From Trichinella spiralis (lineage: Eukaryota): 37,927 nucleotides of DNA. The position numbers were made by a program, and so were the translations under genes. Shown here in pieces: positions 12,107 to 24,356 of this stretch. The stretch is taken from assembly GCF_000181795.1 (NCBI RefSeq), contig NW_003526945.1, forward strand, positions 1,017,766-1,055,692, written 5' to 3'. Position 1 is the first letter of the stretch, and each line of letters opens with the position of its first letter. The notes beneath the pieces were generated by a model. The model made no database searches and was not told the DNA's origin. It saw only the letters and a program-made list of their open reading frames with translations.

Positions 12107-15100
12107 AGCAACTACCTTCAGTGAGCAGGAAGTTATGTGAAATCTCAACAATTTTTGGCTTATTACTTTCTTTACAATGCATTTTGTTATTTTTTTAGTG
12201 TTAAATTATAGTTATCTTATATTATGGTTGATTTGTGATATTTGTATTATTTATATGCAGTTATTGTTGAATCATAGTTTCAAGGAATATTTCCATGTAT
12301 GTATTAGTGTTATGTTTTGTGTGTGTGTGTGTTGTTCATAACTTTTACTCATTATTATTGAATACAACAAAAGCAAAGCTATGTTGTATGTTGTGAAGTG
12401 TTATATACTTCAATTGTTAGAATTGATATTCCTCTTATTTTGATATATTTTATCATGCTGAAAACTATCTGATTTTGATCAGTTATATGCTGTGATTATT
12501 GCAAGTTTTTATTTACAAACAATAGTATCAGAAAATTTCATTAAAACCATGTGTTGCATTTTTTTGTTAAACTGCTCATTTGAAATCAATGTAAAATATG
12601 CACCAAATATGCTATTTTATTCTGAAAAATTATCAAATTTTCTTGAACATCTGAAGCTAGATTTGTACCTGAAATTTTATATTTTTAGTACTGTGACGCT
12701 TGATTGCGATGAATTGGTTAGAAATTTGATGCATTTTTTGTGCATATTATAAAAAGCAGTTTAGCATATGTAGCTCTACAACTACTAAAATAAAAACTTT
12801 TGATTATATGTGAAACTATCATTTATTCTGTAATTAACTAAACTTTCAAAAAATTCTACTGATCACAGACTTTAACCCTAGCAAGTTTTTATAGAAAATT
12901 TTTAGTATACTTTTTTGGAAGAGACGTTTTCTTTATTGAATGCATCGAAACATTAATTACACTCATCGCTGCATTTTAACAGTGTGCAATAATAATAAGT
13001 TGCATTTGTTAAATTTTATTAATAATGTCAAAGAAAACTAGAAGTAGAAGAAAACTAATTTTCACACGCATAAAGAAAGATGTGCACATTCATAAGCAAA
13101 ATATTATCATGTCTACTCTATTTGCTTATTATGCAAATAGTTGTGTTATCTTTAGTATTATTTATTTTGTGATAAGAAGAAAGAAGCTGAAACGGTTTTA
13201 AGACAGATGCAAAGATTATTTATGCATTTGAACGGTAAACAACGATGACTTTTGTTAGTCAGTATGCTGAGATCTCAGAAACAAATTGCATCAAATTACC
13301 ACCAGTAGTTATTACTTTTATCGACAGTATGGACATATAAGTAAGTAATCGCATTTTTGTTGATTCGTATAACTTGGAAAAAATTGTAAATTAAAGTAAA
13401 TTAAAACAGAGCAAGAAATGTGAAGAATTTTAAAAAAATAAAGCGAGAAAATCCCATTTAAATAGACGAATATTACAATTTAATATATATATATATATAT
13501 ACATAATTACTGGAAGCTCATGTATATATATATATATATATATATACATAAAGTTGTCGAGTTCAATAACTACTGATCATTTTTGATTAATTTATAATTA
13601 AATTTCATTTTTTAATGAACATCGTAGATGATGATGATACTTTTCAGTATCTTTACTCAGTATTAATAAAATAACATTACTGGTGAATATAGCATGGCAT
13701 GAAATTGCAGAGTAGATGCAGCTATTTATGATGATTTATGTAAACAATGCAAATAGCAGTGATAAGCTGTTGCTGAACTCACGCATGAATTCATTTACAG
13801 ACTGTTGTTGATGATAGTGTGATTTAAATAATGATAAAGATGCAAATGGCGATGAACAGTGATTAATTAAGTGAATGAATCTGTTTTACATTTGCCAATA
13901 CTTAAAGCATAATAAATAATTGTTTATGCCATGCAAATGACATAAACCTATGTTTTGTGAAAATATGGCGTCATCTGTTTTATAATACATTAATTAAAGA
14001 ATCCAATTGTATCACTGGGAATCTTCAAAAAATTTTGAATGTTTACTTTAAATTTGCGTAACATTTACTGGAATATTTTAGTTTTGTGCAATACAGTATC
14101 TAAAAGAATAAAAGAATGTACATTTAGCTTGTCTGTTGATTTGATTTGATTTGATTTTATAAGAGAAACAATTTTTGAAGTGAAGAATAAGTGAAAAAAG
14201 AAAATTTTTTTGCAGGTTCCAAGTTGCTGAGTGTCTTAGGTCTAGAAATAAATTTTTAGCATTTTCTACAAGTAACCCTTTTCAGTAAAAAAATTTTTGA
14301 AAGTTCTTTTTCTGTTCAATTTTTTAGCTAATAATTCATTTTACATTATATAAAAGCATACATAATTGCTGGAAATTCATATATTAAAAATAAGTTTACA
14401 GTATGCTGGCTATTTCTATGAACCGTAAGATTGAAAAACATGATAAAGTGGATAAAAATCATGCAAATTAAATTATATTTAGCCAGTAATTCTTTGTTGA
14501 TTATCTATATATTATGTAAAATTTTTAAATTAATTTAATTTTCTCAGTCAGGTTGAAAAATTTGCATGTGGTACATATTTTTCAATGATTAACGGCTAGT
14601 GTTTAGCCTTTGCATACATTTTGTTCAAACATTGCTTGTGCAGACATTGCACCAGTGCGTGTCATGCTCCGTTTGAAATTCAGTTTTGAAGAACTTTGTT
14701 GAGGTTTAAGTTAATATTGCGTGCTGACGCTTGAGGAATAACAATTGCGACGGCAGAGCCTATTTGGAAAACAGCGTCATCGCGTCTCTGTATATTTAAC
14801 AGAGCTGTGTTTCTTATCATGTTGTAAGGTAGCTTTAATTGTTAGCATTCAGACAAACTCATTTTCTGACACTGATTCAATGGCCCACCCTCAAGGGTGA
14901 CAACAATGGAAGCAAACTGTTTCAATGCGGCTTCACATACAGCTTTCTCTATTCTTTAGTATTACCCTTTGCAAAGGTCATTCTTTCGGTCAAACTGACT
15001 GCGCTAAATAAAAAAAGTTCTTTGTTGGTGGTCTATGGTGACAGATGCAAACGGAAACAAACGCTCTACCAATATTAACGTTTATTTTTCTGTCAAGAAC

Positions 15101-18100
15101 CCAACAAATGCTGTGTCAGTCAATTAAGTCTATCTGGGGTAAACAACGGTGTCGTCCGACCGTTATTATTAAGGTGTTATTGATCACCAAGAGTGCTTAT
15201 ACAAAGAAATCAAATATTTAATCTTTTAGTGACACATGGATCTACTGCAAAAATTATCACTTTCAAAGTTGGACTTTTCTTATTGCAAAACAAGAATATG
15301 ACACTTTCTTGTATTTAAACGTGCTAGAAGGAAACTAAAGACAAGCCAAATACAGCTGCTCATTTCACACGCGCTGGCGCAATACAAAACTAATCATTTT
15401 ACATACAGTAAGATTGCCAAAATCAACTAATTTTCATGTGTATTTGCAATTCAGATGGCTATTCTCAAAAACAAGATAAATGAACATGAACCATATTGTA
15501 ATTTTTCTTGAATTTTTTCTCATATCAAAATAAAAGCACCAAATTAGGATGAAATAGAAACAGTTAATAATTTACATTCAATCCTTGATTTCGATTAATT
15601 ATCGCCCGTTAGTTCAACTTTACTCACTTTGAGAAACATTATAAAAATCTGATAGAATTATAAGTATTTCAAAGAAAAGGAACAGAGTCGTTACAAATTC
15701 AATTTGTTCTTACTGAAATTTACTAAAATACATGCGTTCCGGGTAAATGCATAGAGTTCTCACTAAATACACAATATTATTATGCATGCAAAGGATTTAA
15801 GAGGGCGGAAAATAACAGATGTTAGGAAAACATTCAAAAAGAATTTCCAGATTTTCATTTAAATTATAAAACTGTTCTAATTTTAAAAAATTCACACGCT
15901 ATTCAGATAGATTCTTAACTTTAATAAGCTAAAAGCAGTTTTCTCATCCATACTTGTTTATGAGATTTGTAATAATTGTTTTTCTTGAAAAGCGATGAAA
16001 GAGTTCCAAGCAAACTCAACTGTGCTATTATCATGTGAGCATGGTCATTTAATGATAAAATGCTCAACAAAGGAATGATTCCATAGCCCCAAACCAACTC
16101 TGTTTATATTAGAAGTGCATTTTTATTACTTTACATTAATTATGCAAATTTCATGTTGAATTTTCAGAAATTCATGACCTCTGAATATAATTAGCATTTG
16201 AGCATCAGAAATCAATAGTACTGCTTGAAAACTAGCTAGTAAGGATTTTGTATTTTAATTTGTAGTAAGGGCAACGTTTCTTATTAAAAAGGTGTGAAAG
16301 CAGAATACCAAATTAAAATGTGACCTTCATTTAGGAGTTCGTAAAGAGAGCTGTCAAAACATTGAAGATGTGTCCTATTTTAAAAGATTATTACAACATC
16401 TTTATGCTCTTGAAGTTCACAGCCGCATTTTTCTGAGCACACGATGCATTTATTAATATTTAAATGAAAGTTTTTTTTAATATGTTTTCTTTAAATTGAC
16501 CGAATATTGCTGTACTTTTTTAAATAATATGCGTAGGAATTTCTGTTTCGTTATTCACTTTAAGATTTGTGTAACTGGCAACATACATACTCTATGATAA
16601 GATCAGTCGTTCATCGCCTTGACACTTGAAAAGCGACACTAGCAAAATGATTTTAATACGTTTCAGTGTCTGTCACCTGACAATCAAATCAATCTAGTAT
16701 CTTCATATTGGGGACAATGTCACAACAATGTTCTTCTGGCATTTAAACGGATTAGTAGACAGTTGACAGGCCAGCGACAGGAATGATTGTACGATTTATT
16801 TTGAAAGTTGGTAAGATAATCAAGCAAGACGTGTCCATTAAGACAGTGAAAGAAACTTGTTGTTGTTAAATTAAAATTTTCTATCTGAACTGATTACTGG
16901 AATCAACTTGTTAAAATATTTGTGCTAAAACAAAGTGTGCTAAATTCATATTTGCTTGTAAAACAATTTTTACTTTTCACTGCCTGCTCTCTTTGGAAAG
17001 AACTTATTCTCTTATTTAAAATGCTGACCATAAAGCAATGGTGCAAAATTAAATTATTTTTGACAATCAAAAAGTATATAACAACCAAAGTATGACTGTT
17101 TTATAACTTGCCCCAAATGCAATTTAGTATTATTAGTTTTTCCTAGCCACCTGCTTCTTTTAAGTTTTGCCTCGATAGGCTTAGTTCACTATAGTCATAC
17201 AATTGCATCAGTTAACAAATGGGGGACAGCCATTTGTACAGTTAACGGTCATTTTCTAGTCACGCATCATTGAAAATCGGCAACAGGCCAAGAACATTAC
17301 CGATTAATGATAAAATAACTACAGAAAGGCACGACTTCGTCAAGGACGCCGCCATCAAGGCGGTAAGACTTTCTGCTCATCATCTTTAGCTTCACTACTG
17401 CTTCTTGACACTTATGCCAATTTGTTGTTGACGCTTTTCGACAAAACTTCACTTATATACTAATAACTTTGAAGTTTCTAAACGATTTCATCGTGCCAAT
17501 TAGGCTAATCGGATGCATTCCAAAGTTGTCAATGCTGTCAATGTAACCTTGAATTAAACTCTTCTTTTGCTTAACGATTGTCTAGCTGGCGTCAAGTTTA
17601 AGTGTTCGGTAGTCTGTTTTTCACGAAACCACACAAGTAAACACCTTCAGGGTTTCTTTTTCTATTTGCAATGTTTAAATTGAAAACTTCCAATCAGTCA
17701 AGCAAATATATCTACCTGGAGCTCTCAACAAACATTTTAAATACACTATCAAAGCAAAAGTGATTCACAGATTTCATAAAAATGATATGTTTTCTACTGT
17801 AGTTAATACTATTACATTATAAATTTAAGAATTCCATTATAAATATATGTCATTTAGTTTTAGTTGGACATTTATGTTCAACATGAAAAGATTTGTGTTC
17901 AACATGCACAAATATGTAGCTATGATTTGCATTTTGTTCAAACGTTTAAGTCAGAATTCAAATAAAAATGCATTTTAAACTTTATATATAGGCTTTCTTT
18001 GAAAATTAAAAAACGCAGTACTTTAATTATAAATAGGTAAATAAAATTTGAATTAAAATTTCTTTGAATTTAAATGTCACTTCGAACTTTACATGGTTGT

Positions 18101-20033
18101 CATGCTTTGCAAAATCACTTCAGAAACGAACAAATTTTTCACTTGTTATTATTTTACTGTTTCAACAGGTATTTACAGAAAAAGTGTGTTAGTTGATTAA
18201 ATTGTGATTAGCATTTCATCTAAGAACAAAATTTTGATATCTAAACTGAAATTACGTTTGACAAGTCATAAAGAGTACCACCCCTTTAAATTAAAAAAGA
18301 CAAACTTTGCAATTAATGAAATTTCAACGTTCATTTAAGTACTGTTGGAAATAGTTAACTGCAAATACGTTAACAGTGGTCTTTTGATTTCCTAATTTAA
18401 CAAGCGTTAATTACACTCAGCAAATTTAAAATTTAAATACGTGCATTCGATGATTTATGATCTTTGCTATCAATCGAAACTCTCTTTTGTAAATTCAAAA
18501 TGACTTATTATGCAGCATTTCAAATCTTATTCAAAAATGTTTTTTTTCGAAATGGCCTGTTACATTAAAAATTTAATGACAAAAGTAAATCAGTAATACA
18601 TTCCATTACTGCTAAACTAATCTTGTTTTTATAATAAATAATTTCAACTTAAGATATACTTTGATCTAGCAGAAACAGTAAAATGGACAAAATTTCGAGG
18701 TTAATTTAATAAATGACTGGCTTCTATTTTGTTAAAATAGTGGAAAATAGTTTGATATATAACTGATACATTTGATATATTTCATGTTTTATTGCATTTC
18801 AAATTCTGCATTAAATAGCTGTTCATAAGGCGCAGCTGGTTTTCTGTCGTAAGAATTTTCAAATTTTATTTCAGTCAAAAATCTTTATTTTCAGCAAACT
18901 TTTTGCTAATCAACAATTATGCTCTTTTATAACAGCACTATTTTCAAAGTAAAATTAAAAAATGTTTTCAATCTGCCTTTCCCGCTTTTACAGTTAAAGT
19001 TACGAATGAAACTTAAATATTTGCATTATTAAAATGCGCATAATTTCATAATGTAGGAAACAGATTTTTCAGAAAGCATAGAGCAATTATCCCTGACCTG
19101 ATTTAGTATTTTTACTATAATGATGACGGCAGTTTTAAATAGCCATTAGCTTTTTTGCTGCAAAAGTATTATAATAATTGGCAATTTAAGCTTTAATTTT
19201 CCTTCAGCAGTATTTCATATTGTCTCTACTGGTTAATACATACATTTTAGTGATTTAATATTGTCATATAGATTTAAACAAATGTGCTGCATATTACATC
19301 AGCTAAATGCGCATTTTTGAAAGAAAGTGGTCCAGATTAGTCAAAGCTTGACTATTTAGAATAAGCGATGCAGAACTAGAAACTAGTAAAAACTGTCACG
19401 CATTTGCTTTCCAAGCTGGTAAGAGCATGTAAGACAGCGGCGGATTATCATTCGTCACGTTCATTCTAGTTAATGGAAGGGTAAAAGAAGATTTAGGCAC
19501 ATCCAGAAGTCGGAACCCGTTTACTCAGCAAACTTGACTCAATACATTGTCTCGGTACATCGACAAAGAGGAATTGTCAACGGTCAATTCAGTGGTCTAA
19601 TGTGTTTCACACTGCGATGAAAACAAAGTTAAATACATAGTCACTGAACCGGCTTGCACTTTTCACGCTTGCTAACCACTTCCCTCTCAGCGCACTTCGG
19701 TCATGTAAACATGGAAAAAATCTGGAAGATTTCAACAAAAGTTTTATTTCACCTCAGGAATGAACACTGGGAAAATGTTTGTTCGTGTTTTTGCAATGCA
19801 TTTCATATCAAAGTCAGAAAATTTACAGTAGGCTTTAAAAAATGAACATACAAGTAGATCAGTGCTTGTTTTTTTTTTCATTCACCAACTTCTATTGAAT
19901 TTTCTATACATTAAAAGCTTCAATTTAAAACAAATATTTTTATCTTCTGATCAGATGACAAGCAGAGTTAGCAGATGTTCCGGGTGGAATGATCCATTGG
20001 GAAATTCCAACATTTTACAAAAAAGACTACTTT

Positions 20034-20914
20034 TTATGTGGCTGACAATTCACCGTCACTACAATAAGAACTGTCGTCTACGCAGACGTCATCCAAGTGG
20101 CCTGATGATCGTGAAGAACGATCATCAGCTTTAGAACCGAGTTCTTCTACTGATTGACATTCTGATTTTACTTCATCTACATCATGAGAATTGGACAAAT
20201 TCATGCATTTTTTCTTCGCTTCATTCTCCTCACGTTTCTGCTTACGCCATTTTGCACGGCGATTTTTGAACCAAACCTTAATTAATAAATGTAAAATGCT
20301 TATTTATTAATTCAAATATTTTACAAAAAATACTTCAACTCGTTCTTCTTTTAAATCTGTTTTCATTGCAAGTTGCTCTCGAAGTAAGACATCTGGATAA
20401 TGGGTTTTTTGAAAAGTTGTTTCCAATTCAACAAGCTGTTCTTCACTGAAAATGGTTCTGTGACGTCGTTTCCTCCTATTAGATAAGGGCAGCGCGCCTG
20501 GAAGTAGTGTTGGTGATAAGAACCTGTGAAATGGCATGACAGATGCAGCCGCTATTGCATTTGTATTTTTCAACCCTAAAAGTATTTTAAAGTGAATTTT
20601 GAATGCTAAAAACATGCATATCACTTACCATAAACTTCAGGAGATGGGTAAAAACTGGTTGTTGACCACGGCAAAGCTGTCATAGGTACAAAACAGGGCT
20701 GCATACGAGAAGCATTTATCAAATCAGCATTTGATATTGGTACTTTGGTTGAGGATAGAATGTTGTCAATGGAAAATGCTGTAGATGCGTTTCTCAAACT
20801 GGATGTATAGGGACCTTTTGGAATTCGATTTGCTTGACAAATATCCATGTATGATTTCATCTGTTCATTTGAGGTAACCCAATATGAATAAGGTATACTC
20901 GAGAAAAAATTCAT
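20034..20914 (-). CDS. gsc: Goosecoid, PRD-class K50 homeodomain transcription factor, ~256 aa; exons 20914-20629, 20575-20334, 20276-20034
   Basis: Spliced frame of 771 nt. It has an N-terminal eh1 motif (FSIDNIL) and the homeodomain [62 protein letters not shown], with Lys50 and the intron at the typical PRD-class helix-3 position. The first ATG (20914) is assumed. Confidence 0.95.
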
Positions 20915-21049
20915 AATTTCAAATTGCTCGCTTCTCAAAGAATGTGTAATAACTGACACAAACTTGACAAGACTGATGACGATGAGAAAGATAAAGCACA
21001 AATGTCACCTTTGCAGTTCAATTTGACCGAACTCGATAAGTGGTTACAT

Positions 21050-21150
21050 GACCGGAAAGTGATGGATAAAGAGGTGTTAATTTTCTCACTTTCTATTGGT
21101 TCAACCTAAAGTCAGTTGGCCAATCGTTGCTCTGCTTCCGCCTGATTAGT
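21050..21150 (-). promoter_or_regulatory. Candidate goosecoid proximal promoter
   Basis: GC-richer island upstream of the ATG, with oppositely oriented CCAAT boxes (ATTGG 21095-21099, CCAAT 21120-21124) and an ETS-like CCGGAA (~21052). Motif matches only. Confidence 0.3.
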
Positions 21151-24100
21151 CCACAGCTGATGCTCGACTCCTCCTAGTTTGTCATAGTGCACGATGTAAA
21201 GGTGGAGCAATAGTGATGAACATATGCAAAACGCATGTTTTTGCTTATTATAACTCTAAGTGGGCAGAAATGTTCACCAGGGCTGCGCTTTAAACGTAAA
21301 AGAATGTTTCATGCTGACTATATTATAATGAAGAGAGGAGCGGAAAAGGGTCACGACCGGCTTTTCACATTCATTCTTTTTGACTGAAATAGAAGATGAT
21401 TTCCTTCGATGAGCGGATTAGGACGTTTCTTGCACAGTCAGCCATAAATTCATGAAGACATAAACATTAAAAGTCTTAATGCAATCAAGTAGAAAATTGT
21501 TTATTATAGATAAGCTGAAATGATTAGAAATAAGCAGGCGGCACTTTTGCGCTTACCGACAAGGTGTTAAGGTCAGCGGGATGTCGTCTGACTGAAGAGG
21601 TATTAACGACACTGAGATCTATAATTAACAGCCGGCTAAGGTCACACGGCTGATCAAGGACCTTTTAATTCTTCAAGATCCCTTCAAATGCCTCAATGGA
21701 TCACTTTATTGGCTGTACACGTTGCGTTGTTCACTTCCTTTTATACGAAGTTGTTTTCTTTTAAAATATTCTCTGTGAAATTTTTTTCAGTAATTTTTAC
21801 TGCAATTTTTTCCATTCAACTTTATTGAACATGTGAAAGTTATATGATTTACTTTATGTTAAATAAATGTATTAGTAAGAGTAATGTAACCGAATTTTAA
21901 AAATTTGATATTAGATTTGCAACACAACAGTAATAAATTTTCAATTTAATATATTTATAAAGCATCATAAAACGCAATATTCTGTCAAGTACATTAGAGT
22001 ATTGTTGAGCTATACTTCAACTTTAAATTCTAATAATAATAATGTAGTTCAATAAAAATGATTTAAATTTAAACTGTTTAAAATTACATTGAACTGAAAT
22101 ATTTTAAAACGCAAAAAAACTGCTGGTTAATCTTTGTTTGCTAATCATGTCATTATCTATTTGCAATTTTTCTTTTTGCTGTTATAGTTGTTAAGCAAAT
22201 AGATGCTCTTTTTTTAATGAAGCAGATCGATACTTCTTAAAATTATACGCTTATAACAATGAATAATTCGCAGCATTTAATTTAAAAGTGACAGCTTTTG
22301 AAAAGAATAACCAGTTTCAAGAAGCATGAAATAGTTCTAACAGTATCAGTACAGTGTTTCTGCAATCATTTAAAAGAATTCAATTATTTGTCCACAATGT
22401 CCTACATATGTAGTAACAAGTAAATGAGGTCTATACAGCTCAAATTTTATGCAATGACTGAAGGCAATAAAACGTTTCTGTCAAATTTTTTTAACAGAAA
22501 GATGTATTGCGGTTGTAGACGTGGTTTACTATTTTAACTTTTGCTGTCTATGAATAGATTGAAATGCTTTTCTTTATCAATTAATTTGAATTATTCAAAC
22601 AGACTTTGAACAGACAAATGAAATATAATGCACATGAAATGCATTTTTAACACAAGTACTAAGATGTTCTTCACAAAGGCATTTTCCCTGAATAACTGAA
22701 GTTAATGCTCAAAATGCACGGAATTGCTCTGATATGCTTTAGCTGACTCAGTATAATAAGTTTTTTTCCTAAATTCTTGTGAGTTGTTCACGTCGAGCAT
22801 TATAGCAAACTTCATGAAAACTGTTATTCATTGAGAAGAAACAAGATCGCAATTGCATTATACAATAAATGACTGGCTGGAAATGTTCATTATAAAAAAA
22901 GTTTGGAGTTTCCATTTAGCTAAGTGCAATGCCCTTTCAATCAGACTTCCAAATTATAAAAGTGTATGCAACTTTGAAATAAAGACTGACTGATAGTTGA
23001 CTGCATTTTCAGCATGCTCATTGGTCTGAGGTGAAAGTAATAAAAGTTTGCTTTTTTACTTAGTTCTGTGTGACAGGTGTGATGTGAAACGTTTAATTAG
23101 CTGAATTACTGTAGCTCAAACGTAATGAACGAATGAATGTGTAGTGTATGAATGTTTTTTGTTAAGCCAAGTTCAACAATTCTTCAAATTATTGTTATGG
23201 TGTTTAGTGTCATTTACTCTTAGTCTGGCCATGCTTATATAGGCGTGTCAGCAGGTTTGACTTCAGGATAAGCACTGAAGCTTTAAGCACTTGACATCGG
23301 CTACCTTTATGGAATTTGTCTCTTAACTCGGATGAGAGACAGCCAACAGACCGTATTAGACGATTTTCAAGAATAGGAAGTTAGCAAAGGGTCGAATCTT
23401 GTTGACTTTACATGCTCCCTGAACGCTTGAATAGTCTAGACTGAATTAACTGCTAAGCTTAATCATAGCTATAGGGTGGTCGTCAGCTATAGTATTTGGT
23501 TGGCATTCGGTCGCCACTTGACAATACCAGTGTGCTTTTGTTTGCCCAACGATCGACCAGCGTGAAACCCAGTCTGACGCTTGTCCGGCAAAACAAACGC
23601 TTTTGCACCTCAATTGTTGACATTGCGAATAAGCTTGTCTTCCTTCCAATACTAAACTGGCACTTGCTTAACGCCGCGCGTGCGATTTTAACAGCACTTC
23701 AACCATTGGCACATTTGGATTGCGTTTCTCTGCAAACATGTAACACTTTCGTTGTGGTTGTCAAATCGTTCAACCTCATCCTGTCCGTTTGTTCGATTTT
23801 CAATTCCGTTTCATAAACGGACAGCAGTACTACAAGTTGCATGGAACTTGCAAGTTTCATAAATAAACAAAAACCCTTTCTCTGGCTATTTTGTTAAGCA
23901 GACATTATTTTCTTCTTATTCTTATTAATAGATCATAAATTGAACTGTCCGGCATTTCTGACAAGTCAAGCAAAATTTCAACATAAAACAACACGCCTTA
24001 ATTTACCACTAATATTCTATTTTTCACTTCAATAAACTTGCTTGCATGCTGATGTTACATGTTTTATCCCCTTTTAATTTTTTGTGGTTTTATTTTACAA

Positions 24101-24316
24101 ATTTATTAAAAAAATAAACAAATTACGATGTTAGGTTAGGTTTCATGAAGTTTAACTTTCATATCGACTTTTATTAACTGATTTATTAGTAACTTTTGAA
24201 TAATTAATCAGTATTTGTCTGTTTTTTAATGATTCCTTTACATTTATAGCATTTAATATAAGCTAAGGAATGTATTATATTTAAAGTGCTAATGTGAACA
24301 TAAAATATACAAATTC

Positions 24317-24356
24317 AAATGAATGAATGAATGAATGAATTAATTAATTAATTAAT
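24317..24356. repeat. (GAAT)n/(TAAT)n tetranucleotide microsatellite
   Basis: Directly visible: aaatgaatgaatgaatgaatgaattaattaattaattaat. Confidence 0.85.

Noticed and set aside
23446..23816. Overlapping 106-aa (+) and 67-aa (-) ORFs
   Set aside because: No recognisable domain, no ATG start for the longer ORF, and no convincing splice partners. Treated as part of a non-coding island.
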